Source: an uncultured Lentisphaerales bacterium (GTDB lineage Bacteria; Verrucomicrobiota; Lentisphaeria; JABSQK01; UBA12247). Taken from it: DNA of 64,000 nucleotides. Shown in pieces: positions 37,744 to 47,535 of this stretch. Position numbers and translations under genes: made by a program. The stretch spans positions 1 to 64,000 of the forward strand of contig CALSSJ010000032.1 of assembly GCA_943788985.1 (NCBI GenBank). Reading direction: 5' to 3'. Every line of letters starts with the position of its first letter. Within the stretch, counting starts at the first letter, position 1. The notes beneath the pieces are model-generated. The model was not told the origin of the DNA, ran no database searches, and saw only the letters and a list, made by a program, of their open reading frames with translations.

Positions 37744-40700
37744 TTAGGACCTTTCTGCCTGTTCCTGATGCTTCTGGATCAGGTCAAAGTTCGGCTCGAC
37801 ATGATCACGAGTTTGCGGGCGCTTCAGATGCCAGACGGTATGTAGGATGCAGCGGAAGTCGTTTAGGATAGCCAGCAGGCAGGGGATCACGATGAGTGTA
37901 CCGAGTGTGGCGAATAGCACACCGAAGGCGATGGACACGCCCATTGGAATGAGAATCTGCGCTTGAAAGCTCCGCTCTAGGATGATTGGGAACAGCCCGG
38001 CGAAGGTGGTGATGGAGGTGAGAATGATGGCGCGAAACCTGCGCTTTCCCCCCTCGACAATGGCGTCATGGAGGCCCATTCCCTGTTCCAGGCGGCGATT
38101 GATCGCGACAATCAGGACGATCGCGTCATTGACCACGATTCCGGTCAGAGCAACCAATCCGAAAAAGGACATCATGGACAGGGAAATCCCATACAACAGA
38201 TGGCCAAGAATCGCCCCGACAAAACCAAACGGAATGGCAAACATGATCACGGCAGGTTGCAGATAGGAGCGAAAAATCGTGGCCATAATCAGGTAGATTG
38301 CGAGGACCGCAACCGCACCGCCAAGCTTGATGGAGGCGATCGAATCCATTTGGTCTTGGGAGTCGAAGCCGCGTCGGGCATGAATGCCGAATTTTCCGGT
38401 GAGGTCGGGAACGACTTTGGTGAGTAGGTCGGTCATGATTTCTTCGGTGGGTGTGCCGTCGAGTGTGCTGGCCTTGATGGAGAACTTTCGCCGCCCGTTC
38501 TCGCGGTGGATCTTGGAGAAGCCGGAAGCTGTTGTGATGTCCGCCACAAACTCCAGCGGGACCTCCTGGCCTGTTGGGGTACGGATGCGCAGGGCTGCGA
38601 TCTGCGCAATGTTGCGCCGCTCGCTGTCTGTGTAGCGGACCATGATCCGGATGTCGTCCGAATCGCGTTGGACGCGAAGTGCTTCGTCGCCATAGAATCC
38701 GGCTCGGATCTGGCCGCCGAGATCCACGACAGTGAGTCCGAGTGCGTGGGCCTGCGGTTTGAGCCTGAGTTCAAGTTCCTTGCGGCCGGGGCGGTAGTCC
38801 GTGGTGATGTCGGTGACGCCGCCGTAGGTGCCAATCTTTTGCTTGAGCGCGACGATCGCCTCGTCGAGGAAGTCTGGATCGTCCCCGACAACGTCGAGTT
38901 GGATATCTCCCCCCGGAGGACCACCGCCGAAGCCAAGGAACTGAATCGACTCGACGCCCTGGAGAGCCCCTGTCTTCTCGCGCCAGCGTTGGAGGATTTC
39001 CTCGAAGTAGAGGTTGCGCTCCTCGGTGGGGGTGAGTTCGACAAAGATATTGGCGAGATTGTCGCCACGTACCGGATTCCCATTCTCAATGCCGAGGGTC
39101 CCGCCGATGTTTGCATACACGGCTACTGATAAGCTCTTGCCGTCGAGCTGCGCTTCAAAGGACCGGGCCGTTTCGTTCCAGGACGCCACGACGGTCTTGG
39201 CGATCGCCTCGGTGCGGACCAGCGGTGTGCCGGGCGGTGTCTCGATCAGCACGTGCACATAGTCCACGTCGGAGGATGGGAAGAACTCGTAACCGACCAT
39301 TCCACCGCGCACAAAGCCGACGGTAATCATTACGGTCGCGGCGCCTCCGGCCATCGCCGCATACCGCCAGTGCAGGAGAAAGCGAAGGACTGGGTCGTAG
39401 AGGCGCTCAATAAAGAAACGCAGGCCGGATGCGATGAAGGCGCGCAGTTTTCCCAGTGGATTCCACCACGACGCATCGCGGAAGCTGCGGTAGCCAATGT
39501 GCGGGAGGTCCCGTAAATGGACGGGAAGAATGATCAGCGCTTCGAATAGACTGATGGTCAGAGCGGCTACGACCGGACCGGGGAGCACCGCGATAAACTT
39601 GCCGATGACCCCGGAAATGAAAAATAGCGGGCTGAAGGCGACGATGGTCGTGATGACTGCGGTCAGGACCGGCCAAAGCACTTCTCGCATGCCTTGTTCC
39701 GCCGCCTTGAAGGCATCCTGTCCTTGCTCTCGGCGTGCGTAGATTGCCTCTCCGACCACGATCGCATCATCGACAATGATGCCGAGTACCATGATCAGGC
39801 CAAAAAGGCTGATCATGTTAATAGTCTGTCCGCTGGCTGCCATGATGCCAAATGCGCCGCCCACGGATACGCCGATACCCAGCACCACCCAGAAGCTCAA
39901 CCGTAAGTCCATCACCAGTAGCAACGACAGGAATACCAGGATGATGCCCCAGAAGCCGCTCCTTTTGAGCAGCTCAATGCGATCTGAGATCAGGCGAGAT
40001 GTGTCGAACCACAGGGAAAGGTGGAGGGAGTCGGGCAAGGTGGCCTGCCGCTGGTCTACCCAGTCGGTGATGCGATCTGCGATCTCAATAGCGTCTTCAT
40101 CCCGTCCCTTCAGGATCTGAAGATTGACCGAACGCTCGCCATTGAACAGTCCATAGACGGACGAGGAATCGTCGAACGTATCTCGCAGATCTGCGACGTC
40201 CGCAAGTCGAATTTGTTGGCCGTTTTGCGAAGTTCGCACCACCACGCTGCCAAATTCACTGGCATAGTATTTGCGGCCGATCACGCGCAGGGCGATGTCC
40301 TCGTCGCCGGTGCGCAGTACGCCGCCGGGGATGTTCTGACTGGCTGCTTGGATCGCCTGCCTGACTTCTCCCAGGCGCAGGCCGTAGCGTCGCAGCTTCT
40401 GCTCGGAGATCTCGATGGAGATCTGTGATTCGCGGATGCCGACGATATTGATCCGGCTGACGCCGGGGAGGTGCAGCATCTCGTCGCGCAATTCTTCTGC
40501 CAGGCGTTTTCGCTCGTGCTCTGTGATATCGCCCCAGAGCGCTACGTTTACGACGGGGTCGTCAAACTGAAAGGTGCTGATGACGGGGCGCTCGGCGTCG
40601 GCCGGAAGGGTTTGGATCGCGTCCACTTTATTCTTGACCTCGCGCCGGACGCGGTCGCGGTCCGCCCCTGGATCGACCTCCACGATGACCACGCCGAAGT

Positions 40701-40953
40701 CCTCCGCGGCGGTGCTCATCAAGCGGCGAATCCCGGGTACGCCTTCGAGCGAGTCCTCCACCCGAATAATCACGGATTCTTCGATTTCCGCCGGGTCTGC
40801 GCCGGGGTAGGCGACCTGAACCTCAATGAAGTCGAGCTCAAACTGGGGGAAGCTCTCGCGAATCATCATCGTCGGCACGACGACGCCCGTGAGGATGAAC
40901 AGCAACATCAGGATGTTGGCGAATACGGGATTACGCAGGATAAGACGTATCAT
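37744..40953 (-). CDS. RND efflux permease (AcrB/AcrD/AcrF family)
   Basis: YPGADPAEIE, GIIVDDAIVVGE, GIVVNDAIVL, RFRAIILTSITT; 1069 aa. Confidence 0.95.
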   Translation of the reverse strand: MIRLILRNPVFANILMLLFILTGVVVPTMMIRESFPQFELDFIEVQVAYPGADPAEIEESVIIRVEDSLEGVPGIRRLMSTAAEDFGVVIVEVDPGADRDRVRREVKNKVDAIQTLPADAERPVISTFQFDDPVVNVALWGDITEHERKRLAEELRDEMLHLPGVSRINIVGIRESQISIEISEQKLRRYGLRLGEVRQAIQAASQNIPGGVLRTGDEDIALRVIGRKYYASEFGSVVVRTSQNGQQIRLADVADLRDTFDDSSSVYGLFNGERSVNLQILKGRDEDAIEIADRITDWVDQRQATLPDSLHLSLWFDTSRLISDRIELLKRSGFWGIILVFLSLLLVMDLRLSFWVVLGIGVSVGGAFGIMAASGQTINMISLFGLIMVLGIIVDDAIVVGEAIYARREQGQDAFKAAEQGMREVLWPVLTAVITTIVAFSPLFFISGVIGKFIAVLPGPVVAALTISLFEALIILPVHLRDLPHIGYRSFRDASWWNPLGKLRAFIASGLRFFIERLYDPVLRFLLHWRYAAMAGGAATVMITVGFVRGGMVGYEFFPSSDVDYVHVLIETPPGTPLVRTEAIAKTVVASWNETARSFEAQLDGKSLSVAVYANIGGTLGIENGNPVRGDNLANIFVELTPTEERNLYFEEILQRWREKTGALQGVESIQFLGFGGGPPGGDIQLDVVGDDPDFLDEAIVALKQKIGTYGGVTDITTDYRPGRKELELRLKPQAHALGLTVVDLGGQIRAGFYGDEALRVQRDSDDIRIMVRYTDSERRNIAQIAALRIRTPTGQEVPLEFVADITTASGFSKIHRENGRRKFSIKASTLDGTPTEEIMTDLLTKVVPDLTGKFGIHARRGFDSQDQMDSIASIKLGGAVAVLAIYLIMATIFRSYLQPAVIMFAIPFGFVGAILGHLLYGISLSMMSFFGLVALTGIVVNDAIVLIVAINRRLEQGMGLHDAIVEGGKRRFRAIILTSITTFAGLFPIILERSFQAQILIPMGVSIAFGVLFATLGTLIVIPCLLAILNDFRCILHTVWHLKRPQTRDHVEPNFDLIQKHQEQAERS

Positions 40954-40974
40954 GATGGGCCGACTGGTTGCCGG

Positions 40975-42642
40975 TTAGTTCCGTTGAATCTGCTCACTGT
41001 CGCCCCCGAGCAGGCCCTCCAGCAGGTCGCGTTCCTGCGTGGGGGCACCGTCGCCTTCGAGCGTGTCGCCCCGCTTGGCGGCAAGGCGCTGCAGTTCAGT
41101 GTATAAGCTGTGAAAAACCGCGGGCTCGTTGAGTTGGATTTGCTGGAGGGCAACCTGCTTCATCGTTGTATAGGGGGGCAGGCCGCGGCGTTTCGTGTCG
41201 CGCTCACTCTTGAACTGAGTCTGGTACTTCGAATAGGAGCGCTGCGCGAGGCTCTCCCAGTTGCTCGCTGCCTTGAAATCTCTGCGGCCGAGCGCTGAGA
41301 ATGCTTCTTGTAGGAAGCCGCTGATATTCGGCAGAGCCTGGTGCTCCCCGCCCGCATTCACGTCCTCTTCCAACTCGATGAGGACAAACTCGTCCAGGGA
41401 GCGCACGAAGCGCTCGGAGCCTTCGGCATACTTCGAGCTGCGCATGATTTCGAGAAAGCGCTGGGCGTCTTCGGTGCGCCCCCCAATGTAAAGTGCGCGA
41501 ATACAGTCAATCATGAAATTCACGTAGCCGGACTTGATACCGCCATTCCTGTCGTGGTTTTTGATGGCATTCAGGTAGGCTTCCCGGGCTTCATCCACGA
41601 TGTCGAGGTTGGGCGAGAGATGGATCTTCAAGGTCGTGTCTGGGAGGTAGCTGACTCTCCCGATTTCCACCGAACGAGACATGCAATGAAAGATCATGCG
41701 CTCGCACTCGAGAAACACTTCTGAGCCATCCGGCGTGTGCTTGAGCCCCTGGTATGCCCAATAGATACCGTGGGCTTGTGCTGTGCGAAAGTCCAGTGGG
41801 CCGTAGTGCTGGTCGATCTCATAGAGGACCACCGGGTCCAGGCTCTTGGATAAGAGCCATCGGCTTCTCAGGTAGAGGACGAGTAGCTCATCACACTTTC
41901 GACGTTTTGCGAACTCCGCAATTGCCGGTGGGAGCGTGGCGGATTCTCGGAAGCTCTGTTCGAGTCCGCTTAGAGAGAGTCCCTCCTGGTGCAGGGCGGC
42001 TGCAAACTCCGCAGCATCATCGCCAAGGGCGGCGACCATGGCGTCTGGATCCTGCGGCGCTTCGGCGAGGGCTTGCCAATCATAGGGACCCGAGCCGAGC
42101 ATCTCGATCATCTGCAGCGCGACCTGGCGTTTGTAGTAGTAGTTCATGTCGTCGAGATTCTGGCCGATCTTGTGCTGATAGATCCAGCCAAGCTGCTGGT
42201 AGAGCTTAGGATCTCCAGGATGCTGGGGCAATGCTTCGTCGCGCACGAGCTCGATGGCGGCATTTACCCAGCGCCAGCGTTCTTCTGGCTGACTGAAGTT
42301 TACGGAGACGTTGTAGGCGAGATTCCAGACGGAGTAGCTGATCGCCTCGGTAAAGCGAGGTTGGAGCTGGATGGTCCAGCGAGCGAGCTGGACGAGCTCG
42401 AAATAGTTGCCGTTCGTTTGCATTTTTCCTTGCCGGAGAAAGAGCATGTCGGCCAGCAGGCCGCGAAAGCCGCCGAGGACGACGACAGACAGGGCGAGTG
42501 CCGGCGGAGCATTCTCAAGAGGCGGCGCGTCGGTCAGTGTCAGGCGGCGCTCCGTTAGGCGCTCTTGCACCAGATGATTCACGCCGGCAATCGCAAGCAG
42601 GGCCAAAATCAGGCTGAGTTTTAACCAACGTCGTGGGATCAT
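40975..42642 (-). CDS. Conserved hypothetical membrane-anchored helical protein (PVC-type)
   Basis: N-terminal TM; GGFRGLLAD, WNLAYNVS, ERWRWV, LGWIYQHKIG; overlaps the upstream permease stop. Confidence 0.6.
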   Translation of the reverse strand: MIPRRWLKLSLILALLAIAGVNHLVQERLTERRLTLTDAPPLENAPPALALSVVVLGGFRGLLADMLFLRQGKMQTNGNYFELVQLARWTIQLQPRFTEAISYSVWNLAYNVSVNFSQPEERWRWVNAAIELVRDEALPQHPGDPKLYQQLGWIYQHKIGQNLDDMNYYYKRQVALQMIEMLGSGPYDWQALAEAPQDPDAMVAALGDDAAEFAAALHQEGLSLSGLEQSFRESATLPPAIAEFAKRRKCDELLVLYLRSRWLLSKSLDPVVLYEIDQHYGPLDFRTAQAHGIYWAYQGLKHTPDGSEVFLECERMIFHCMSRSVEIGRVSYLPDTTLKIHLSPNLDIVDEAREAYLNAIKNHDRNGGIKSGYVNFMIDCIRALYIGGRTEDAQRFLEIMRSSKYAEGSERFVRSLDEFVLIELEEDVNAGGEHQALPNISGFLQEAFSALGRRDFKAASNWESLAQRSYSKYQTQFKSERDTKRRGLPPYTTMKQVALQQIQLNEPAVFHSLYTELQRLAAKRGDTLEGDGAPTQERDLLEGLLGGDSEQIQRN

Positions 42643-43994
42643 GGTCTAAGCACAGCCCCCAACTCACGCTGGCGTAGAAGAAGGAGCCCGACGAGGCTGA
42701 CAGGAAGAGCGCGGATCAACAGCAGCTTTACGGCTACGGTGAAGATGTATGAGAGCTCGATCAACCGTCCGTGAGAGAGGGACGAAATGCCGCTGAACTC
42801 ATTGGCACCTACGGTGATGAAGCGCACGCCGCGGCGTACTTGATACTGGATTTGGCTGATGGCATCGCCCCCGGGGACGTCCATCTCGCCTTTGGCAGGC
42901 GTCTGAAAGTCCACGAGTGCGCCGAGTGCCAGGTAGGCGCAGACTAGAAACGCAGCAGCACCGGTGGAGAAGGCCCCGCCCAGCGCGCACGAGAATGCGG
43001 CGATGGCTACCACATGAAGCAGAACCAGCAGGACTGCCCGTGTGTAGTTGTTCGCAAATGATACGGCTGGTAGGAGAGCGCTCGGACCGTCGATGTGCTG
43101 GATGATGGCGACTCGTTGCTCCGGGTCAAAATTTGTATACGCGACTTTGAGTTCGCCGTCTTCGCTGATGAACTTGCCGGAGATAGGCAGCTCGAGAAAC
43201 ACCCCGCTCATGGCGTCGCGCGGCTGCGAAACGAACCGCTTGGAGGTGGCTTCCTTTACGTGCCAGACGCCTTCGGTGCGCTCTCGCACTCTGCTCTTTA
43301 CTTGAGCGCGATAGATTCGATATCGCAGATGGACGATCTCATCAGGCCCGAGCTGAGGGAGACCTTTGATAACCCATTCGCGTGTCATGCTGAATGGAAT
43401 CTCGTCCAGGTGCCTCTTGAGCTCTCTCTGTAGCGTGGAGAGTTGCGCGACTTCGGGGAGGCGGGTATCGATCAACCCCTCGTGGAGGCGGCGACGATAT
43501 TCCTGCTTCACAAGCTCGTCGAGCGAGGGGCGATCGGTGTCGAAGACGCGGCGCCCCGTGAGCACATTGGCCTTCAGTTCGGCGAGTTCGGCCTTGTTCT
43601 CAGCCTGCGAGAGCTTCCAGTGGGTCAACGCGAGGATGGTCGCGGCAGAGACCGAGAGCAGGACGATCTGGATGGCCATGATTCCCAGCAGTTTGCCAAG
43701 CCACAGAGTCACGACTGGGACCGGCTTGGTCAGGATCAGGTGGATCCGATGGCTCTCGATGTCGAGCGAGATCTGGGTGCACCCGAGCCACACTGTAACC
43801 AGCGAAAGTACCGCTCCGACCATGCCTAGCGAATAGGTGAGCGAGAGCTGCAGCTGACCGTGCAGGGTGCCGTCGCCGCGTAGGATCACAGGCAGCAGAG
43901 TGACCGCCAACAGTAAGGCGAGTAGTACGTGCACGACACGGGACCGCAGGGAGCCGCGAATTGTGGTTTGTGCTATTGCGAGTATCGCTGCCAA
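42639..43994 (-). CDS. ABC-2-type permease subunit with a large extracytoplasmic insert
   Basis: DIESHRIHLILTKPV...WLGKLLG motif; TM clusters at both ends. Confidence 0.75.
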   Translation of the reverse strand: MAAILAIAQTTIRGSLRSRVVHVLLALLLAVTLLPVILRGDGTLHGQLQLSLTYSLGMVGAVLSLVTVWLGCTQISLDIESHRIHLILTKPVPVVTLWLGKLLGIMAIQIVLLSVSAATILALTHWKLSQAENKAELAELKANVLTGRRVFDTDRPSLDELVKQEYRRRLHEGLIDTRLPEVAQLSTLQRELKRHLDEIPFSMTREWVIKGLPQLGPDEIVHLRYRIYRAQVKSRVRERTEGVWHVKEATSKRFVSQPRDAMSGVFLELPISGKFISEDGELKVAYTNFDPEQRVAIIQHIDGPSALLPAVSFANNYTRAVLLVLLHVVAIAAFSCALGGAFSTGAAAFLVCAYLALGALVDFQTPAKGEMDVPGGDAISQIQYQVRRGVRFITVGANEFSGISSLSHGRLIELSYIFTVAVKLLLIRALPVSLVGLLLLRQRELGAVLRP

Positions 43995-44098
43995 TGGTGC
44001 TGTTCCCAGTATGAAGTCTGTGGTGGGTCAACAGTAGCCCTTCGAGCGCAGGATTCGACTCAGAACAGAGGAGGAAAGAGACCGCTAGATCAGGTGCG

Positions 44099-44944
44099 CT
44101 ATCTCCCGCGTTGAATCTGCTTGACGGTCCCGGCAAGCACGCGGCCTGGGCCGAGTTCTTCGAACGAGTCTACACCCTGCTCGATCAGGGACTGGATGGT
44201 CTCTGTCCAGCGGACTGGGCTGTGAATCTGGGAGCAGAGATTGTCAATAGCCTGACCGGCCTCGTAGGGCTGCGCAGTCACGTTGGCGATCACTGGTGTG
44301 ACAGCGGCCTGGAAGCTGGTGCTTTCGAGGTGCACGCGAAATTGCTCTGCAGGATCCTTCATATAACGCGAGTGGAAGGCACCGCTCACGTTCAAGACCA
44401 CGTAGCGCTTGGCACCCGCGTCTTTAAATGCGGACTCCGCAGCTACGATATCCGCAGCCGGGCCAGAGATCACGGTTTGGCCGAGGGTGTTGAAATTCGC
44501 CATATCAAGGGTGGCCAGGTTAGCCACGCGGATAACCGCGGCGATATCATCTGCGGCCAACCCGAGGATGGCCGCCATGCCGCCGCCGGTAACCCGCGCC
44601 ATGAGTTCACCACGGGCTTTTGCCAGGCGTACGCCGGAGGCGAAATCTAGGACACCGCCAGCGTAGAGTGCGGCGTATTCCCCAAGCGAGTGACCGGCCA
44701 TAAAGGCGACCTCTTGGTCTGCACCGCGAGCGTCGTAGCTGAGGGCGTCGACGACAAACAGCGCCGGCTGGGTATACTGGGTATTGTTGAGCAGGCCGTC
44801 GGGATCTTCGAGACACAGGGATCTTAGTGAGTAGCCGAGAATCTCATCTGCTTCCGCGAGACGCTGCGGAAACTGGTCGAACAACTCCGCGCCCATGCCA
44901 ATGGTCTGGGATCCCTGACCGGGAAATAAAAATGCAGTTGCCAT
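44099..44944 (-). CDS. fabD: Malonyl-CoA:ACP transacylase
   Basis: FPGQGSQ, TQPAL, GHSLGEY, VSGAFHS, SPVRW. Confidence 0.92.
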   Translation of the reverse strand: MATAFLFPGQGSQTIGMGAELFDQFPQRLAEADEILGYSLRSLCLEDPDGLLNNTQYTQPALFVVDALSYDARGADQEVAFMAGHSLGEYAALYAGGVLDFASGVRLAKARGELMARVTGGGMAAILGLAADDIAAVIRVANLATLDMANFNTLGQTVISGPAADIVAAESAFKDAGAKRYVVLNVSGAFHSRYMKDPAEQFRVHLESTSFQAAVTPVIANVTAQPYEAGQAIDNLCSQIHSPVRWTETIQSLIEQGVDSFEELGPGRVLAGTVKQIQRGR

Positions 44945-44946
44945 GG

Positions 44947-46011
44947 TTAGTTGGTTCTCCCTTCGGCCAAGTCAAGAAACATTTTCTTGTCGTTCGCTTT
45001 CATATACGCTTCCTGTGCTGATATCATTTCGCTCTCATAGAGCCGCCGTAATGTGGCATCCATGGTACACATGCCGGTAGCCTGACTTCCCTCAATGATG
45101 GACCGGATATTGGAGATCATGCCTTCGCGGATCGTGTTCGGTAAGCCCTCGTTCTCCAGCAGAATCTCATGGGCAGCCACACGCCCGCCGCCAAGTTTCT
45201 TGCAGAGCAGCTGGGAGATGACGCCGGACAGGCTGCCCGCCAGCATCGTGCGAATTTGAGCCTGCTCCTGGGCTGGAAATGCGTCAATCACGCGGTCAAT
45301 GGTCTTGGGAGCATTATTCGTATGCAGCGTGCCGAAGACGAGCATGCCCATGCTCGCACAGGTCAAGCTGAGGCGAATGGTCTCCAATTCACGCATTTCG
45401 CCCACTAGGATGATATCGGGGTCGGCGCGCATGGCGCTTTCCAGCGCTCTGCCAAAACTCTTCGCGTGAAGGCCTACCTCGCGATGGACGATCACCGACT
45501 TCTTGTTCTGGTGTACGAATTCGACCGGATCCTCGATTGTGATGATATGCTTAGCCATGGTCGCATTGATGTAGTCGAGCATGGCTGCCATAGTGGTGGA
45601 CTTACCGGAACCTGTCGGACCAGTGACGAAAACCAGCCCTTCATTGTAGTGGCAAACTTTGCGAATTGCTTCCGGCAGATTCAGCTGTTCAAGCGAGAGC
45701 ACTTTCGCAGGAATGGTGCGCAATACCGCTGCGTTACCAAAGTAATTGCACAGATAATTGACGCGGAAACGAGCCAGCCCTTCAATCTCATAAGCAAAGT
45801 CCAGATCTTTGGCCTCGAGAAAGTGCTCCCACTGGTCTTTCGGGCAGACCTCAGAGAGAATCTGCGCCATGTCTTCCGTAGTCAGTGGCGGAGAATCTAA
45901 CGCGGTAATCTCCCCGCTGATGCGAACTTTTGGCGGTAAGCTTACGGAAAGATGTAGATCGGAGCCACCGGCTTCGACCATCGCGTGCAAAAATTCGTCC
46001 ATTCTAGCCAT
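44947..46011 (-). CDS. pilT: Type IV pilus retraction ATPase
   Basis: SDLHL, GPTGSGKSTT, TIEDPVE, DPDIILVGEMR, GTLHT; TAATG overlap with the upstream gene. Confidence 0.92.
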   Translation of the reverse strand: MARMDEFLHAMVEAGGSDLHLSVSLPPKVRISGEITALDSPPLTTEDMAQILSEVCPKDQWEHFLEAKDLDFAYEIEGLARFRVNYLCNYFGNAAVLRTIPAKVLSLEQLNLPEAIRKVCHYNEGLVFVTGPTGSGKSTTMAAMLDYINATMAKHIITIEDPVEFVHQNKKSVIVHREVGLHAKSFGRALESAMRADPDIILVGEMRELETIRLSLTCASMGMLVFGTLHTNNAPKTIDRVIDAFPAQEQAQIRTMLAGSLSGVISQLLCKKLGGGRVAAHEILLENEGLPNTIREGMISNIRSIIEGSQATGMCTMDATLRRLYESEMISAQEAYMKANDKKMFLDLAEGRTN

Positions 46012-47528
46012 TAGCGTCCGAACCACCCTTTCTTCTTTTTGATGCGTAGCTTATCGGCTTGCTCTTGGGCTATTCTCGCCTCGTTGATCTGAACTTCTTT
46101 GATACACTCGCCCTCCTCCAGATAATAAAAGGCCATTTCTGCATCGATAAAACCATCCAGATACAGCTCGAGGATGCTTTGATCCATCAGGCACATTCCA
46201 TGCTTTGTCCCGGTTTGCAGTACCTGATGCAGCTGATGCGTGGCGCCGTCAGCGATATTATTGCCCACGGCGGCGTTATTGATCAGGACTTCAAGTGCCA
46301 GTGAAAGGGTGCCTTGGAGGTTTGGTACCATCTTCTGGCAGATGACGCCGCGCAGACTCTCGGCCACCATTGCGCGAATTTGAGCCTGCTGGTCATGGGG
46401 AAACACGTCTAGCAACCGGTGTAGTGTGGTGGCCGCATCGCTGGTATGCAGCGTGCCAATCACGAGATGCCCGGTTTCGGCTGCAGTGATCGCATTCTCG
46501 ATCGTTTCGAGGTCACGGAGTTCACCGATTACGATAATATCTGGATCTTCGCGCAAGGCACCTTTGAGGGCAGAACTGAAGGATTTTGTATGAGCTCCCA
46601 CCTGTCGCTGCGTGACATTGCAACTCTTGGAGTGCTGGACAATCTCGATTGGATCCTCGACGCTGATAATGTGGTCCGTGCGCTCAGAGTTGAGAATGTC
46701 CATCATCGCGGCGAGTGTCGTGGTCTTGCCGCTGCCGACGGGGCCGGTTACGAGAATGAGCCCGTAGTGGTAGTCCAGCAGCTTCATGATGGTGGGGGCA
46801 TGGCGACCGAAGCCGAGCTCCTGGAGCGAGGGCACGTGGTTGGGGACCAGACGGTAGGTGCCGCCTAGGCCCTGCTTATGGCGCATGACGTTGACGCGAA
46901 ACCGGTTCGAGTCGTCAACGGCGAGCGCAAAATCAAGGTCCCAGTCGTTTTCGAGCTCTTCACGCTGCGTCTCGGACAGGAGGGCAATATTGATCTTATT
47001 CGCGGCTTCAGGCGTGAGCGGTTGGCCAAACATGTGCAACTGGCGCGTGATGCGGACGAACGGCTGCGCGCACGCGGAAAGATGGAGATCGCTTGCGCCC
47101 ATGTCGCGAGCGATTGCAAGCATGCGCTTTAGGACCTCCCCGGCCTGTTCGTCGGACATCTTCTCGATGCCTGCCAGATTCATTGAATCAAGGCTAGAAT
47201 AGTCTGCCTCGACATCGGCGGTTGGCATGGGCCCACGATCGGCGGGCGGGCCGGCAGCAACGTCATCTTCTGCGTAGTCTTGCTCCTCCGCAAAAGGATC
47301 ATGATCCGGGATAGCGCCAGCCTGCGCATTCGTGTGGGCCAGATCCATCCATGATTGAACAAGCTCCGTGTCTTCACAGAGCTGGTTGTCAAGCACAGTC
47401 TGTGCGATCAACATCAAGTCTGCGGCTTTAGTTCCGCCACAGACATCGATAAGTTGCAGGGCAAGATCTTCAGTAAGCACTTCTGCGTCGATTGCGGCAG
47501 AAATAAACCAGCGAATTTCAAGATTCAT
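46011..47528 (-). CDS. PilT/PilU-family ATPase with a ~130-aa N-terminal extension
   Basis: ASDLHL, GPVGSGKTTT, VEDPIE, LREDPDIIVIGELRD, ETGHLVIGTLHT. Confidence 0.88.
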   Translation of the reverse strand: MNLEIRWFISAAIDAEVLTEDLALQLIDVCGGTKAADLMLIAQTVLDNQLCEDTELVQSWMDLAHTNAQAGAIPDHDPFAEEQDYAEDDVAAGPPADRGPMPTADVEADYSSLDSMNLAGIEKMSDEQAGEVLKRMLAIARDMGASDLHLSACAQPFVRITRQLHMFGQPLTPEAANKINIALLSETQREELENDWDLDFALAVDDSNRFRVNVMRHKQGLGGTYRLVPNHVPSLQELGFGRHAPTIMKLLDYHYGLILVTGPVGSGKTTTLAAMMDILNSERTDHIISVEDPIEIVQHSKSCNVTQRQVGAHTKSFSSALKGALREDPDIIVIGELRDLETIENAITAAETGHLVIGTLHTSDAATTLHRLLDVFPHDQQAQIRAMVAESLRGVICQKMVPNLQGTLSLALEVLINNAAVGNNIADGATHQLHQVLQTGTKHGMCLMDQSILELYLDGFIDAEMAFYYLEEGECIKEVQINEARIAQEQADKLRIKKKKGWFGR

Positions 47529-47535
47529 CAGAGAA

